A stretch of 64,000 nt of DNA from Planctomycetota bacterium (lineage in GTDB: Bacteria > Planctomycetota > PLA2 > JAEUHO01): NCBI GenBank assembly GCA_030066775.1, contig JASJAY010000003.1, positions 53-64,052 on the forward strand. Direction: 5' to 3'. The translations under genes and the position numbers were made by a program. The notes under the pieces are model-generated. The model did no database searches. It was given only the letters and a program-made list of their open reading frames with translations, and was not told the DNA's origin. Positions 42,372 to 51,497 of this stretch are shown one piece after another (the first letter of the stretch is position 1; every line of letters starts with the position of its first letter).

Positions 42372-43610
42372 TTACACCTCCCGCGCCCGCAGGCGGCTGA
42401 AGCCGAGCTCGTTCGTCGATCCCATCATGGCCTGCAGCTCGACCGTCAGCCCGCCGTCCTCGCGAAGCGTCGTCGGCAGGCCGCCCGCGAGCCGCTCGAC
42501 CGAGGCGATCGGGCCGATCGTGCGCTCCATCGGCGGCAGCACGAGGACCTCGTTGGCGTTGCCGGTCGAGACGACGGCGTTCGCTTCGATCGTGGCGTCG
42601 GCCAGGGACTGCGAGCCGCCGTCCTCGCCCGCGTACTCGTCGGTGATCGCGACCGTGCGGATCCCTGCCTGCTCCAGGCCGCGGATGATCATCATGAGGT
42701 CCGCATCGGGATTGCCGAAGCCCTCCTTGGAGATCACCGCCGCGTCGAGATCGAGCTCCTTGGCGAGCAGCAGCACGCCCTCCGCTGCTTTCGTCTTGTC
42801 GGCGAGCCGCACTGGCTCGGTCGAGAGCACGATCCCAGCGAACGACAGGTCGGTCCCGTGTCGCCGGAACAGCTCGCGGACGACCGGGTTGTTCTGGTGG
42901 TGGTACGTCGTGTTCTTATCGCACGCGCTCACGCAGTTCCCGGACACGATGGCGTCGTCCAGCACCACCTCGGGGCTGACGATGCGCGGCAGGTCCGCCT
43001 GACGGGCGTTCACGCCGAGCACATACGTGTCGTGCAGGAGCCCCTGGTTCTGCAGCAGGTACACGTAGCCGACACGAGGCAGCTTCGGGTCGCTGATGCC
43101 GCTGTCGTACGTCGTGAACGACGGGGCCGGCGCCGTCCGGGCTGTCTCGGCGAGCCACCGGGCCGCGTGCGATGACGCCATGCGCAGCACTTCCTCGTGG
43201 GCATGCAGCTCGAGCCCGGGCTCGACCTCGACTTCCAGCACGATCAGGTCGAGCGCGGAGAAGGGCGTGTAGGCGGCGCCGGGGCCGCTCATGTCGATGA
43301 TCCCTTCCTGGAACCCGACGATCGGCCCGCAGCTGACGACCGCCACGCCGGAGAGCGCGAGCATGCGCCCTTCACCGGGACGCTCGCCCTCGAGCTTGAC
43401 GCGCGGCTGCACGACGTCCTTCGTGCACACGATGCGTGTCGACGACCCCGAGGAAGCGAGGTGCACGCGTAGCTCCCGGATGCGGTCGTCCGCCGCCTTG
43501 AGCTCCCGGGCCAGGTCGTCCGCGCTCACCGTGAGGCGCGCGCCGTCCAGCGCCGTGCGCTCACCGAGCGCGACGTCGTCGACTTGAATGATGCCGATCT
43601 CGAATGCCAT
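42372..43610 (-). CDS. grdE: Glycine reductase protein B proprotein (GrdE family)
   Basis: 412 aa. MAFEIGIIQVDDVALGE...VVQPRVKLEGE follows the same pattern as the C. sticklandii GrdE N-terminus (MRLEVGNIFIKDIQFGE...VIEPRVKVEG). The internal SGNCVSAC is a candidate autoprocessing Cys. The stop lies 3 nt before the grdB start. Confidence 0.75.
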   Translation of the reverse strand: MAFEIGIIQVDDVALGERTALDGARLTVSADDLARELKAADDRIRELRVHLASSGSSTRIVCTKDVVQPRVKLEGERPGEGRMLALSGVAVVSCGPIVGFQEGIIDMSGPGAAYTPFSALDLIVLEVEVEPGLELHAHEEVLRMASSHAARWLAETARTAPAPSFTTYDSGISDPKLPRVGYVYLLQNQGLLHDTYVLGVNARQADLPRIVSPEVVLDDAIVSGNCVSACDKNTTYHHQNNPVVRELFRRHGTDLSFAGIVLSTEPVRLADKTKAAEGVLLLAKELDLDAAVISKEGFGNPDADLMMIIRGLEQAGIRTVAITDEYAGEDGGSQSLADATIEANAVVSTGNANEVLVLPPMERTIGPIASVERLAGGLPTTLREDGGLTVELQAMMGSTNELGFSRLRAREV

Positions 43611-43696
43611 GGCGGCAGACCCTACTCCGTCCGTCCCGCGTGCGGCGAGGATCGGACGTCAGATCACGGTGCGATGTCCTGCCTTTGCGGCGCTGC

Positions 43697-44719
43697 CTAG
43701 ACGGCGGCCGCCGGCTCCATGTCCGCGGTGTACGCGCCCGAGCGCGCGGCGCCGTTGCAGCGCGCGCGATGCAGGTACGCCGCCTGCGCGGCCGGCACGT
43801 TCGCAGGCTCGCCGCCCCACGCCTTGAGCGCGGGCGCCTGCAGGGCACGGCCGTACGAGAAGCTGAGCTCCCACGGCTGCGGGCCCATGGCGTTCATGGC
43901 CGACAGGTGCGCGCTCGCCAGCTCGTCGCTCTGGCCGCCGGACAGGAACACGATGCCCGGCACTGCGGCCGGGACGACCCGGCGGAAGCAGCGCACGGTG
44001 CGCTCGGCCACCTCCTGCACGTCGGCCTGGTCGGCGCACTCCGTGCCGGAGAGGACCATGTTGGGCTTCAGCAGGATGCCTTCGAGCAAGACGCCCTGGT
44101 CGTACAGCGCCGTGAAGGTGCGCTGCAGCGTCCGCGTGGTGACGTCCTCACAGCGCTGGGCGTCGTGCGGACCGTCCATGAGCACCTCGGGCTCCACGAT
44201 CGGGACGAGGCCGCACTCCTGGCTGATCTTGGCGTAGCGCGCCAGGGCGTGGGCGTTGGTGTCGATGCAGTAGTCCGTCGGGATGCCGTCGGCGATCGTG
44301 ATGACCGCGCGCCACTTGGCGAAGCGGGCGCCCAGGTCGTAGTACTCCGAGCAGCGCTCGCGGAGGCCGTCGAGGCCCTCGGTGACCTTCTCCCCGTTCG
44401 CGCCGGAAAGCGACTTCGCGCCCTTGTCGACCTTGATGCCGGGGATGATGCCCTGGTCGTTCAGCACGTTCACGAAGGGCACGCCGTCGGCGCTCGACTG
44501 GCGCAGCGTCTCGTCGAAGAGGATCACGCCGCTGACGTGGTCCGCCGCACCGTCGGTGCTGAACAGCATGCCGCGGTAGTCGCGGCGGTTGGCCTCGGTC
44601 GACTCGACGTTGATGGAGTCGAACCGCTTCTTGATCGTCCCGCTGCTCTCGTCGGCTGCCAGGATGCCCTTGCCCTCGGCCACCAAGGCCCGGGCCGTCT
44701 GCTTCAGCTCCGCACTCAT
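43697..44719 (-). CDS. fbaB: Class I fructose-bisphosphate aldolase
   Basis: The real start is MSAELKQTARALVAEGKGILAADESSGTIKKRF. The hallmarks IIPGIKVDKG (Schiff-base Lys region) and LLKPNMV fit class I aldolases. The first 36 aa of the track ORF are junk. Confidence 0.8.
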   Translation of the reverse strand: MSAELKQTARALVAEGKGILAADESSGTIKKRFDSINVESTEANRRDYRGMLFSTDGAADHVSGVILFDETLRQSSADGVPFVNVLNDQGIIPGIKVDKGAKSLSGANGEKVTEGLDGLRERCSEYYDLGARFAKWRAVITIADGIPTDYCIDTNAHALARYAKISQECGLVPIVEPEVLMDGPHDAQRCEDVTTRTLQRTFTALYDQGVLLEGILLKPNMVLSGTECADQADVQEVAERTVRCFRRVVPAAVPGIVFLSGGQSDELASAHLSAMNAMGPQPWELSFSYGRALQAPALKAWGGEPANVPAAQAAYLHRARCNGAARSGAYTADMEPAAAV

Positions 44720-44926
44720 TGCTTCCTCTCCGATGCAAATGGGGCCGCATGGTACCCCCCGGGCGCAACCGGGTCCGAGGGGCGCCCCGGCGCTCGGGCC
44801 CGGTTCCGGCGAAGTCGCCCGGAACACGGCAGGCTTGCGGGGCCGGCCCGTCGGATATGCTTACGCGCGCCTGGCTTCCCGGCCGGCCGGATGGGGATTC
44901 CATAAAGTCTGTCGTAGGAGAACCGG

Positions 44927-45499
44927 ATGACCGTAGCCGTCCTCGCGTCCCTCGGGCTGATCCTGGGGATCGTCGGCGTGATCGTGGTCGTGGTCCTGTA
45001 TTTCATCGGGATCTACAACGGCCTGGTCAGGGCCCGCAACGAGACGAAGAACGCCTGGTCGCAGATCGACGTCCAGCTGAAGCGTCGCCACGACCTCATT
45101 CCCAACCTGGTCGAGACCGTCAAGGGCTACGCCAAGCACGAGGCCGAGACGCTCGAGGCGGTGATCTCGGCGCGCAACGCGGCGGTCAGCGCCGAAGGCC
45201 CGAAGGCGGCCGGCGCGGCCGAGGGCATGCTGAGCGCCGCGCTCGGCAAGCTCTTCGCGCTCTCCGAGGCGTATCCGGACCTCAAGGCCAACACCAACTT
45301 CCTCGCGCTGCAGGAAGAGCTGACGTCGACCGAGAACAAGATCGGGTTCGCGCGGCAGGCGTACAACGACGCCGCCACGACCTACAACAACAAGCGCGAG
45401 GTCTTCCCCGCGAACCTCATCAGCGGCGGCTTCGAGGAAGCCGAGCTGTTCGAGATCGAGGCGCCCGCCGAGCGCGAGGTTCCGAAGGTCGAGTTCTAG
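44927..45499 (+). CDS. lemA: LemA family protein
   Basis: 190 aa with an N-terminal TM helix. WSQIDVQLKRRHDLIPNLVETVKGYAKHEAETLEAV..AR and QEEL..TENKI..AR..YN.A...YN are LemA signatures. An SD aggag lies 6 nt upstream. Confidence 0.8.
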   Translation: MTVAVLASLGLILGIVGVIVVVVLYFIGIYNGLVRARNETKNAWSQIDVQLKRRHDLIPNLVETVKGYAKHEAETLEAVISARNAAVSAEGPKAAGAAEGMLSAALGKLFALSEAYPDLKANTNFLALQEELTSTENKIGFARQAYNDAATTYNNKREVFPANLISGGFEEAELFEIEAPAEREVPKVEF

Positions 45500-45517
45500 C
45501 GCCAGGAGCACGTTCCC

Positions 45518-46735
45518 GTGTGGGAGCAGATCCGGTCCAACAAGATCCGCAGCGTGGTCGTGATCACGCTGATGGGCTCGCTGCTCGCCCTGACGGGCAT
45601 CGCGGCAGGCGTCGCCTTCGGCGGCTCCCTGGATGCGGGCTTCGTCGGGGGCGGGATCGGGCTGCTGCTGTGGTTCTTCATGTGGATGGGGACCGTGCAG
45701 AGCGGCGACAAGGTGATGCTGCGCATCGCCGGCGCGCGTGAGATCGAGCGCAAGGACCATCCGCAGCTCTGGAACATCGTCGAGGAGATGACGATCGCGT
45801 CGCGGCTACCGCAGATGCCGCGCGTCTTCATCGTGGACGACCCTTCGCCCAACGCGTTCGCCACCGGACGCGATCCGAAGTGGGCCGGCGTCAGCGTCAC
45901 GACCGGGCTCCTGCGCATCCTCGACCGCGACGAGCTGCAGGGTGTCGTCGCGCACGAGATCGGGCACATCAAGAACCGCGACGTGGCGCTCATGACGACC
46001 GCGGGCGTGATGATGGGCTGCATCGTGATCCTGGCGGAGCGTGCGCTCCGCCTGCTCTGGTACACGGGCGGTACACGGCGCTCGCGTACGTCGGGGAGCG
46101 ACAGCAAGGGCGGCGCCGAGGCCGTGGCGATGGTGATCGCCTTGATCCTGCTGGTCCTCGCGCCGCTCCTGGCCCAGCTGATCTACTTCGCGCTGTCGCG
46201 CAAGCGCGAGTACCTGGCCGACGCCTCCGGCGCGATGTTCACGCGCTACCCGGAGGGCCTGGCGCGCGCGCTCGAGAAGCTCGGGGGCTCGCGCGTGGCG
46301 CTTGCCGACGAGAGCCGCGTGACCGCGCCGATGTACATCGTGCGGCCGAAGGCGCGCTCGGCGTCCGGGGGCAGCAAGGCGTCGCTGTTCGCCACGCACC
46401 CTCCGATCCAGGAGCGCGTGCGCATCCTGCGTGAGATGGGCGGCGGTGCGGGCCTCGCGGCCTACGAGACCGCGTACGCCAAGGTGCACGGCGGCTCGGT
46501 CGTGGGCGCGCGCTCGCTGGCCGGCGCGGAGGCGCTGACCGTGCGCGAGGCGTCGGCCGCGGTCGACACGACCAGCGAGCGGGCGCGCGCGCGAACGGCG
46601 TCCAACGCGTTCATCTCCGCATCGGGCTACGTGCGCAAGGAGTGCGGCGCGTGCGGCGCCGTCTTGAAGATCCCGCCGAGCGTCGCCGACCGCATGACCA
46701 AGTGCCTGCGCTGCGACACGCCCCTGCCGTCGTGA
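45518..46735 (+). CDS. htpX: M48 family zinc metalloprotease (HtpX-like) with C-terminal zinc-ribbon
   Basis: It carries HEIGHIKNRD (HExxH) and EYLAD. TM helices sit at the N-terminus and after the HExxH motif. The C-terminus reads CGACGAV...CLRCDTPL. The gene lies downstream of lemA, which is a common pair. Confidence 0.8.
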   Translation: MWEQIRSNKIRSVVVITLMGSLLALTGIAAGVAFGGSLDAGFVGGGIGLLLWFFMWMGTVQSGDKVMLRIAGAREIERKDHPQLWNIVEEMTIASRLPQMPRVFIVDDPSPNAFATGRDPKWAGVSVTTGLLRILDRDELQGVVAHEIGHIKNRDVALMTTAGVMMGCIVILAERALRLLWYTGGTRRSRTSGSDSKGGAEAVAMVIALILLVLAPLLAQLIYFALSRKREYLADASGAMFTRYPEGLARALEKLGGSRVALADESRVTAPMYIVRPKARSASGGSKASLFATHPPIQERVRILREMGGGAGLAAYETAYAKVHGGSVVGARSLAGAEALTVREASAAVDTTSERARARTASNAFISASGYVRKECGACGAVLKIPPSVADRMTKCLRCDTPLPS

Positions 46736-46741
46736 GCCCCG

Positions 46742-47983
46742 CTAGGGCTTGGTGACGCGGCCCATGAACAGGATCGCGCCCGTCTGCTGGTGACGGATCA
46801 CGAACACGAACGGGTGGTCCGCGTCGAAGACGATCGGCTTCTCCGGCTGCGCAGGGCGCCCGCCCTTGCGCATGATCACGACCGTCGCGGCAGCGGCCTC
46901 GGTGCCTTCTTCGTCGACCCCGACGAATGCCTTGTGCAGGACGGCGCCGATGAAGAGCCGCTCCTTCTTCGTCATGCCGGAGAAGTCGGCCGTGCGTGCA
47001 TTGAACGCAGACGGCATGCCCAGGTTGCTGAGGACCCGGGTGAGCTCCTTGCTCGTCGTGAACTCGAACTTCGGGAACCGTACGTCCACGAGGCGGCTCT
47101 GGAGCTTCCCGCTCCAGCCGGCGAGGTCCTGCTTCATGAGCCGGTTCTCGAGCGTGGCGAGGCCGTCTTCCGCGCGGGGCAGGAACACGGCCATGGAGAG
47201 CTGATTGCCACGGTAGGGCAGCTCGAGGATCTGCACGCCGTCCAGCTCGGCGTGGCGGTAGCGCCCGACGCGGCGCATGAAGTCCGCCTTGGACGTGGTC
47301 CCGTCGAGGGCGGTGAACGCGTCCTCCTTGGTGAGGTGCTTCTTGAACGGATGCAGCCAGGGCGCCTTCAGGTAGATCGCGTTCGCCAGCACGAGCCGCG
47401 TGAGCGGGTCCGGCATGTCGGGCGGCACGATGTCCTGGATCTTGTCGCGTGTCTTCTTGGCGACCCAGTCGTTGATGCGCTTGCGCGCGGCGGCGCTCTG
47501 CGCGAAGTCGATGCGCGCCAGCGGCGCGCCGTAGTCCGTTTTCAGGGCGCTGATGAACGGCGCCTCGAAGTCGAAGCCCGTCTGGCCCCACAGCGCGTTG
47601 GCGACCTCGATGTCGTAGGCGGGGACCTGCTTCGCGTCCTTGCCAAAGCCCTCACGCACCTGGCGCGGCGTCAGCGCCTCGAGCAGGGCCTGGTAGCCGG
47701 CGCCGCGGGCTACGCCTTCGAGGAACAGGACCCGATCCATCTCCTTCGCCGTGTCGCCGCGTGCCCCCTCGCGGGTCATCGCCAGGGCCGCGTGCACCGA
47801 GTAGGGCGAGACGAAGAGGTTGCCCTCCTCCGCACGCAGCTGCTCGTACAGGCTCCACGCGAACCGGTCGTTGGCTGCCGCCATCGTGGCCGCCTCGTCC
47901 TGCTCGACATCTTCGCCCTGGGCGGGCGCGATCGGTGCCAGGAGGAGCGCGGCGAAGAGCAGCAGATGGACGCAGGACTTCAT
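46742..47983 (-). CDS. Serpin (serine protease inhibitor) with signal peptide
   Basis: The real start is MKSCVHLLLFAALLLAPIAPAQG at 47983. Serpin blocks are present: NLFVSPYSVHAALAMT, the hinge/RCL EEGTEAAAATVVIMR, and PFVFVIRHQQTGAILFMGRV at the C-terminus. The first 80 aa of the track ORF are junk. Confidence 0.85.
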   Translation of the reverse strand: MKSCVHLLLFAALLLAPIAPAQGEDVEQDEAATMAAANDRFAWSLYEQLRAEEGNLFVSPYSVHAALAMTREGARGDTAKEMDRVLFLEGVARGAGYQALLEALTPRQVREGFGKDAKQVPAYDIEVANALWGQTGFDFEAPFISALKTDYGAPLARIDFAQSAAARKRINDWVAKKTRDKIQDIVPPDMPDPLTRLVLANAIYLKAPWLHPFKKHLTKEDAFTALDGTTSKADFMRRVGRYRHAELDGVQILELPYRGNQLSMAVFLPRAEDGLATLENRLMKQDLAGWSGKLQSRLVDVRFPKFEFTTSKELTRVLSNLGMPSAFNARTADFSGMTKKERLFIGAVLHKAFVGVDEEGTEAAAATVVIMRKGGRPAQPEKPIVFDADHPFVFVIRHQQTGAILFMGRVTKP

Positions 47984-48246
47984 GGCAGGGCCTCCATGTC
48001 GCCACGACGGCGCACTCCGTTCGAACCGCTTCGCAGCCGGGAGTTCCGAGCGTCCGCCGGTAATCATGTTTCCAGTCGCTGCCCGCCGAGCCCGGCCCGC
48101 GCGTCTGCCATGCCAGGACCCGCTGGGGGTCGATGGGCCGCTTGGGCCCCACGGATTGCGGGCAGCGCCCCCTCGGGGCGCGAGGACGAATCGGACGGGG
48201 CCTGCCGAGCTCCGGATTCGCATTTGCTGCCCTGCGAGGCGGGCGT

Positions 48247-51200
48247 ATGCGGAGCAGGCGAGCGTGGGCTGTCCTTCTCGTCGTGACCCTGGGAGCGGGG
48301 CACGTCGCGGCCGATCCCGTGCTCGACGCAGCCGAGCAGGCGATCGTGGCGGCCCGCGCGAACGACACCCTCCGCTTGCGCATGCTGGCCCGCGCCGATC
48401 GGCCCGACCCCTGGCTCGTGGCCGAGGAGCTCATCCTGCGTGGCGAGGAGGCAGCGGCGACCGCCCTGGCCGCGCACGCCGACCTGCCTGATGTGAAGGC
48501 GCTCGCGACCTACGTGGCGCAGCGCGAGCCGCCGACCTCGAAGGGCTCTGGTCGGCCCTGCTTCCTCGAGGCGGTGCGCGCCCTCGAAGACGGACGACAC
48601 GAAGACGCGTTGGCGCGGCTGCAGGGAACCGGCGGCTCGAACGACGACGTGGCGTCGGCCGTCGTGCTCTACGCTCGCGGGGTCGCCCAGCTGCGCCTGA
48701 AGCAGTGTGCCATCGCCTCGTTCGCGGACGCTGCAGCGACGGCCGAGCGGATCGGCTGGCTTCGCATGGCAAGCCGCGGCTATCGCGCCGCGGTCCATCA
48801 TGCGCTCACGCACGGCCGGTTGGATGCCGCACGCCACGGTGCACGGCAGCTGCTCGCCCTCGGCAAGCGGCGTGCGCATCCGGGCACATCCGCCCATGCT
48901 CACGAGCAGCTCGCGATCGTGGCCCGGCGTGCGGGCGACGCAACGGGAGCCACGGCGTGTCTCGAGGAAGCGCTGCATGCGCACAAGCGCGCGAGCGACA
49001 ACGCGGGACGCGCGCGCTGCCTGGCGCGCCTCGGTGATCTAAATCTGGCGGCTGGACGGCTCGAGGTCGCGGAGCGCTCTTTCGTGGAGTCCGTCGCGCT
49101 TGCGAAGCGCGCGAAACAGACTGGTATCGAGGCGCGCGGCCGACGCGGCGCAGCGATCGTGCTCGCCCGACTGGGCAGCCTCGACAAGGCGGAGATGGAG
49201 CTCCGTTCGGCGCTGGAGCTAGCGAAGGCCGCCGGCCTCGATGACCTGCGCGGCGAGGTGCTGGCCGACCTCGGCACCGTGCTCCTCCAACAGGGGCAGT
49301 ACAGCAGGGCCCTCGCGTGCGCAGACGAGGGCGTCGAGGTGCTGCGCACGCTCGGATCGCGCGAGGAGCTGGCGACCGTCCTCATGAACGTGGGCGTGAC
49401 GCACGCCAGCCTCGGCAAGCACGAGGTCGCATTGCGCCACCTCGAGGAGGCGCGCACGCTGTCAGCGTCTCTCGGTGATTCGCCGCGTCAGGCCCGCATC
49501 CTCTCGAACATCGGCGTGATCCACGCTGCGCTCGGTGATCTCGACGAGGCACTCGCATGCCAGCAGCGCGCCTCGGGCATAGCGGCCAAGACAGGCGACG
49601 CATCCAGCCGGGCGTTGGTGTTCACACGCATCGGACACGTGCAGGGGCAGCGTGGCGACTACGCAGAAGCGATCGCCATGCATGAGCGCGCCTTGGCCAT
49701 CAAGCGCACGCTGAAGGACCGCTTGGGAGAGGCCATCTCCCTCGAGTCCCTGGGCACCCTGCACCAGCAGCTGGGGCACTTTGCGGACGCCGAGGCCCGT
49801 CAACGCGAGGCGCTCTACGTGGCCGAGCGCATCGCGGCCCGAGACGTCGCTGCGCGAGCGCACTGGGGGCTCGCAGAGCTCGCCCTCCTGTCGGCGGATC
49901 CCGAACGCGCCCTGGCCAGCGCGCGGAAGAGCGTCGAGGCCCTGCCGGCCCTGGCGCGTGGCCTGTTCGACGAGCAGGGCGCGCATGCGCGCGAGCGCTG
50001 GGCGGGTGTCTACGACGTCGGCATGTGTGCCGCGGCCACGCTCGACGACGTCGATGCATTCACGTGGTTCCTCGAGCGACAGCGGAGCGCCACCCTGCTC
50101 GAGTCGCTCGGTGCGCGCGAAGCGTTGGAGCGCGCGACCGTTCCGCCGGCCCTCTTCACTGCGCTGAGCAATGCGCGCGAGGTGGAGGCCCGGCGCTTGC
50201 GAGCGCATCGCGACGCGCAGGAGACCGGGCGTCGCCGGCAATCCCGCAAGACGCGGCGGGCGCTGCAGAGCGCACGCCAGGCTTTGGTCGAAGCCCGCGA
50301 GCGCATCACCCTCCGCATGGCCGCGAAGGCGCCCTTCCTGTCCGCCGAGCCGGCGTCCGCGGCAGAGCTGCGTCGTCTCATGCGGCCGGGGGATGCGCTC
50401 GTGCTGTACGCGCTGCTTCCCGACCACGCCTATGCCGTCGTGGTCACGACCCGGGGGCTCACGCTCCATTCGCTCGGTCCGGCGCGCACGCTGGTGGAAG
50501 CCTGCAGTGGGCTCGACGATCAATGCCGCGGTCAGCTGAGCGAGGCGTGCATCGGCCGCTTCCGGAAGCTGCTGATCGAGCCGCTCGAGCTCGGCAAGCG
50601 CGTGAAGCGCCTAATCGTGTCGCCGGACGGCGCGCTCTGCGCCGTTCCGTTCGCGCTCCTGGTGCCCGAGGTGGACGTCTCCCACGTGTCGTCGGGCACG
50701 ACCTACGGTTGGCTGCGCAAAGCGAACCGCTCCACGCGGCGTGGCCGCGGCGTGCTCGCCCTGGGGCGGCCCGTCTACGGTCCGATGGAGGTTGCGCAGG
50801 ATCCGGGACCCGACGGGGCGCAGCGCGGACCAGTTCGCAAGGCGCATCCGGCCGGGCTGCTGCCGCCGCTCGAGGGCTCGGCCATCGAAGCGCGATCGGT
50901 CGGCGACATGGTGCTGACGGACGAAGACGCCACGGAAGACGCGCTGCAGGCGGCGCTGCTCGCACGCGAGCGTTGGCGCGCGCTGCATCTCGCCTGCCAT
51001 GGGCTCGTCGACTTCGATCGCCCGCTCTTCTCGTCGCTGGCGCTGACGCCCAACGCCTACGGCGACGGGCTGCTCACGACGCTCGACGTGTTCAGCATGC
51101 GTGTGCCGGCGGACCTCGTCGTGCTGAGCGCGTGCGAGACGGGCCGGGGTCGCCTGATGCGCACCGAAGGGGTGTTCGGGTTCACGCGTGCGTTCATGGT

Positions 51201-51426
51201 GGCCGGCGCCCCGCGGGTGATCGTGAGCCTCTGGAAGGTCGATGACGAAGCCACCCGGGCGCTGATGCAGCGGTTCTACGCGCACTGGAATCCGGGCAAC
51301 GGCGAGCGCCGCGGCCTCGCCGCCGCTCGCGCCTTGCGCCTTGCACAGGCAGACGTGCGCGCGGATCCCCGTTGGGCAGATCCGTACTACTGGGCTGCGT
51401 GGCAGCTCTGGGGGCTCCCCGACTAG
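48247..51426 (+). CDS. TPR-repeat protein with C-terminal CHAT (caspase-like) protease domain
   Basis: The signal peptide MRSRRAWAVLLVVTLGAGHVAA is followed by ~600 aa of TPR-like repeats. The CHAT region reads LHLACHG...VVLSACETGR, the His/Cys dyad. The gene is divergent from the serpin gene, with a shared ~260-nt promoter region. Confidence 0.75.
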   Translation: MRSRRAWAVLLVVTLGAGHVAADPVLDAAEQAIVAARANDTLRLRMLARADRPDPWLVAEELILRGEEAAATALAAHADLPDVKALATYVAQREPPTSKGSGRPCFLEAVRALEDGRHEDALARLQGTGGSNDDVASAVVLYARGVAQLRLKQCAIASFADAAATAERIGWLRMASRGYRAAVHHALTHGRLDAARHGARQLLALGKRRAHPGTSAHAHEQLAIVARRAGDATGATACLEEALHAHKRASDNAGRARCLARLGDLNLAAGRLEVAERSFVESVALAKRAKQTGIEARGRRGAAIVLARLGSLDKAEMELRSALELAKAAGLDDLRGEVLADLGTVLLQQGQYSRALACADEGVEVLRTLGSREELATVLMNVGVTHASLGKHEVALRHLEEARTLSASLGDSPRQARILSNIGVIHAALGDLDEALACQQRASGIAAKTGDASSRALVFTRIGHVQGQRGDYAEAIAMHERALAIKRTLKDRLGEAISLESLGTLHQQLGHFADAEARQREALYVAERIAARDVAARAHWGLAELALLSADPERALASARKSVEALPALARGLFDEQGAHARERWAGVYDVGMCAAATLDDVDAFTWFLERQRSATLLESLGAREALERATVPPALFTALSNAREVEARRLRAHRDAQETGRRRQSRKTRRALQSARQALVEARERITLRMAAKAPFLSAEPASAAELRRLMRPGDALVLYALLPDHAYAVVVTTRGLTLHSLGPARTLVEACSGLDDQCRGQLSEACIGRFRKLLIEPLELGKRVKRLIVSPDGALCAVPFALLVPEVDVSHVSSGTTYGWLRKANRSTRRGRGVLALGRPVYGPMEVAQDPGPDGAQRGPVRKAHPAGLLPPLEGSAIEARSVGDMVLTDEDATEDALQAALLARERWRALHLACHGLVDFDRPLFSSLALTPNAYGDGLLTTLDVFSMRVPADLVVLSACETGRGRLMRTEGVFGFTRAFMVAGAPRVIVSLWKVDDEATRALMQRFYAHWNPGNGERRGLAAARALRLAQADVRADPRWADPYYWAAWQLWGLPD

Positions 51427-51497
51427 CCGGCGCCCGCCGTTCCGCGGAGGGTGACGTGATCCGGTCCGCGCGGACGATGGAGTGCGATCCGAGGCCG

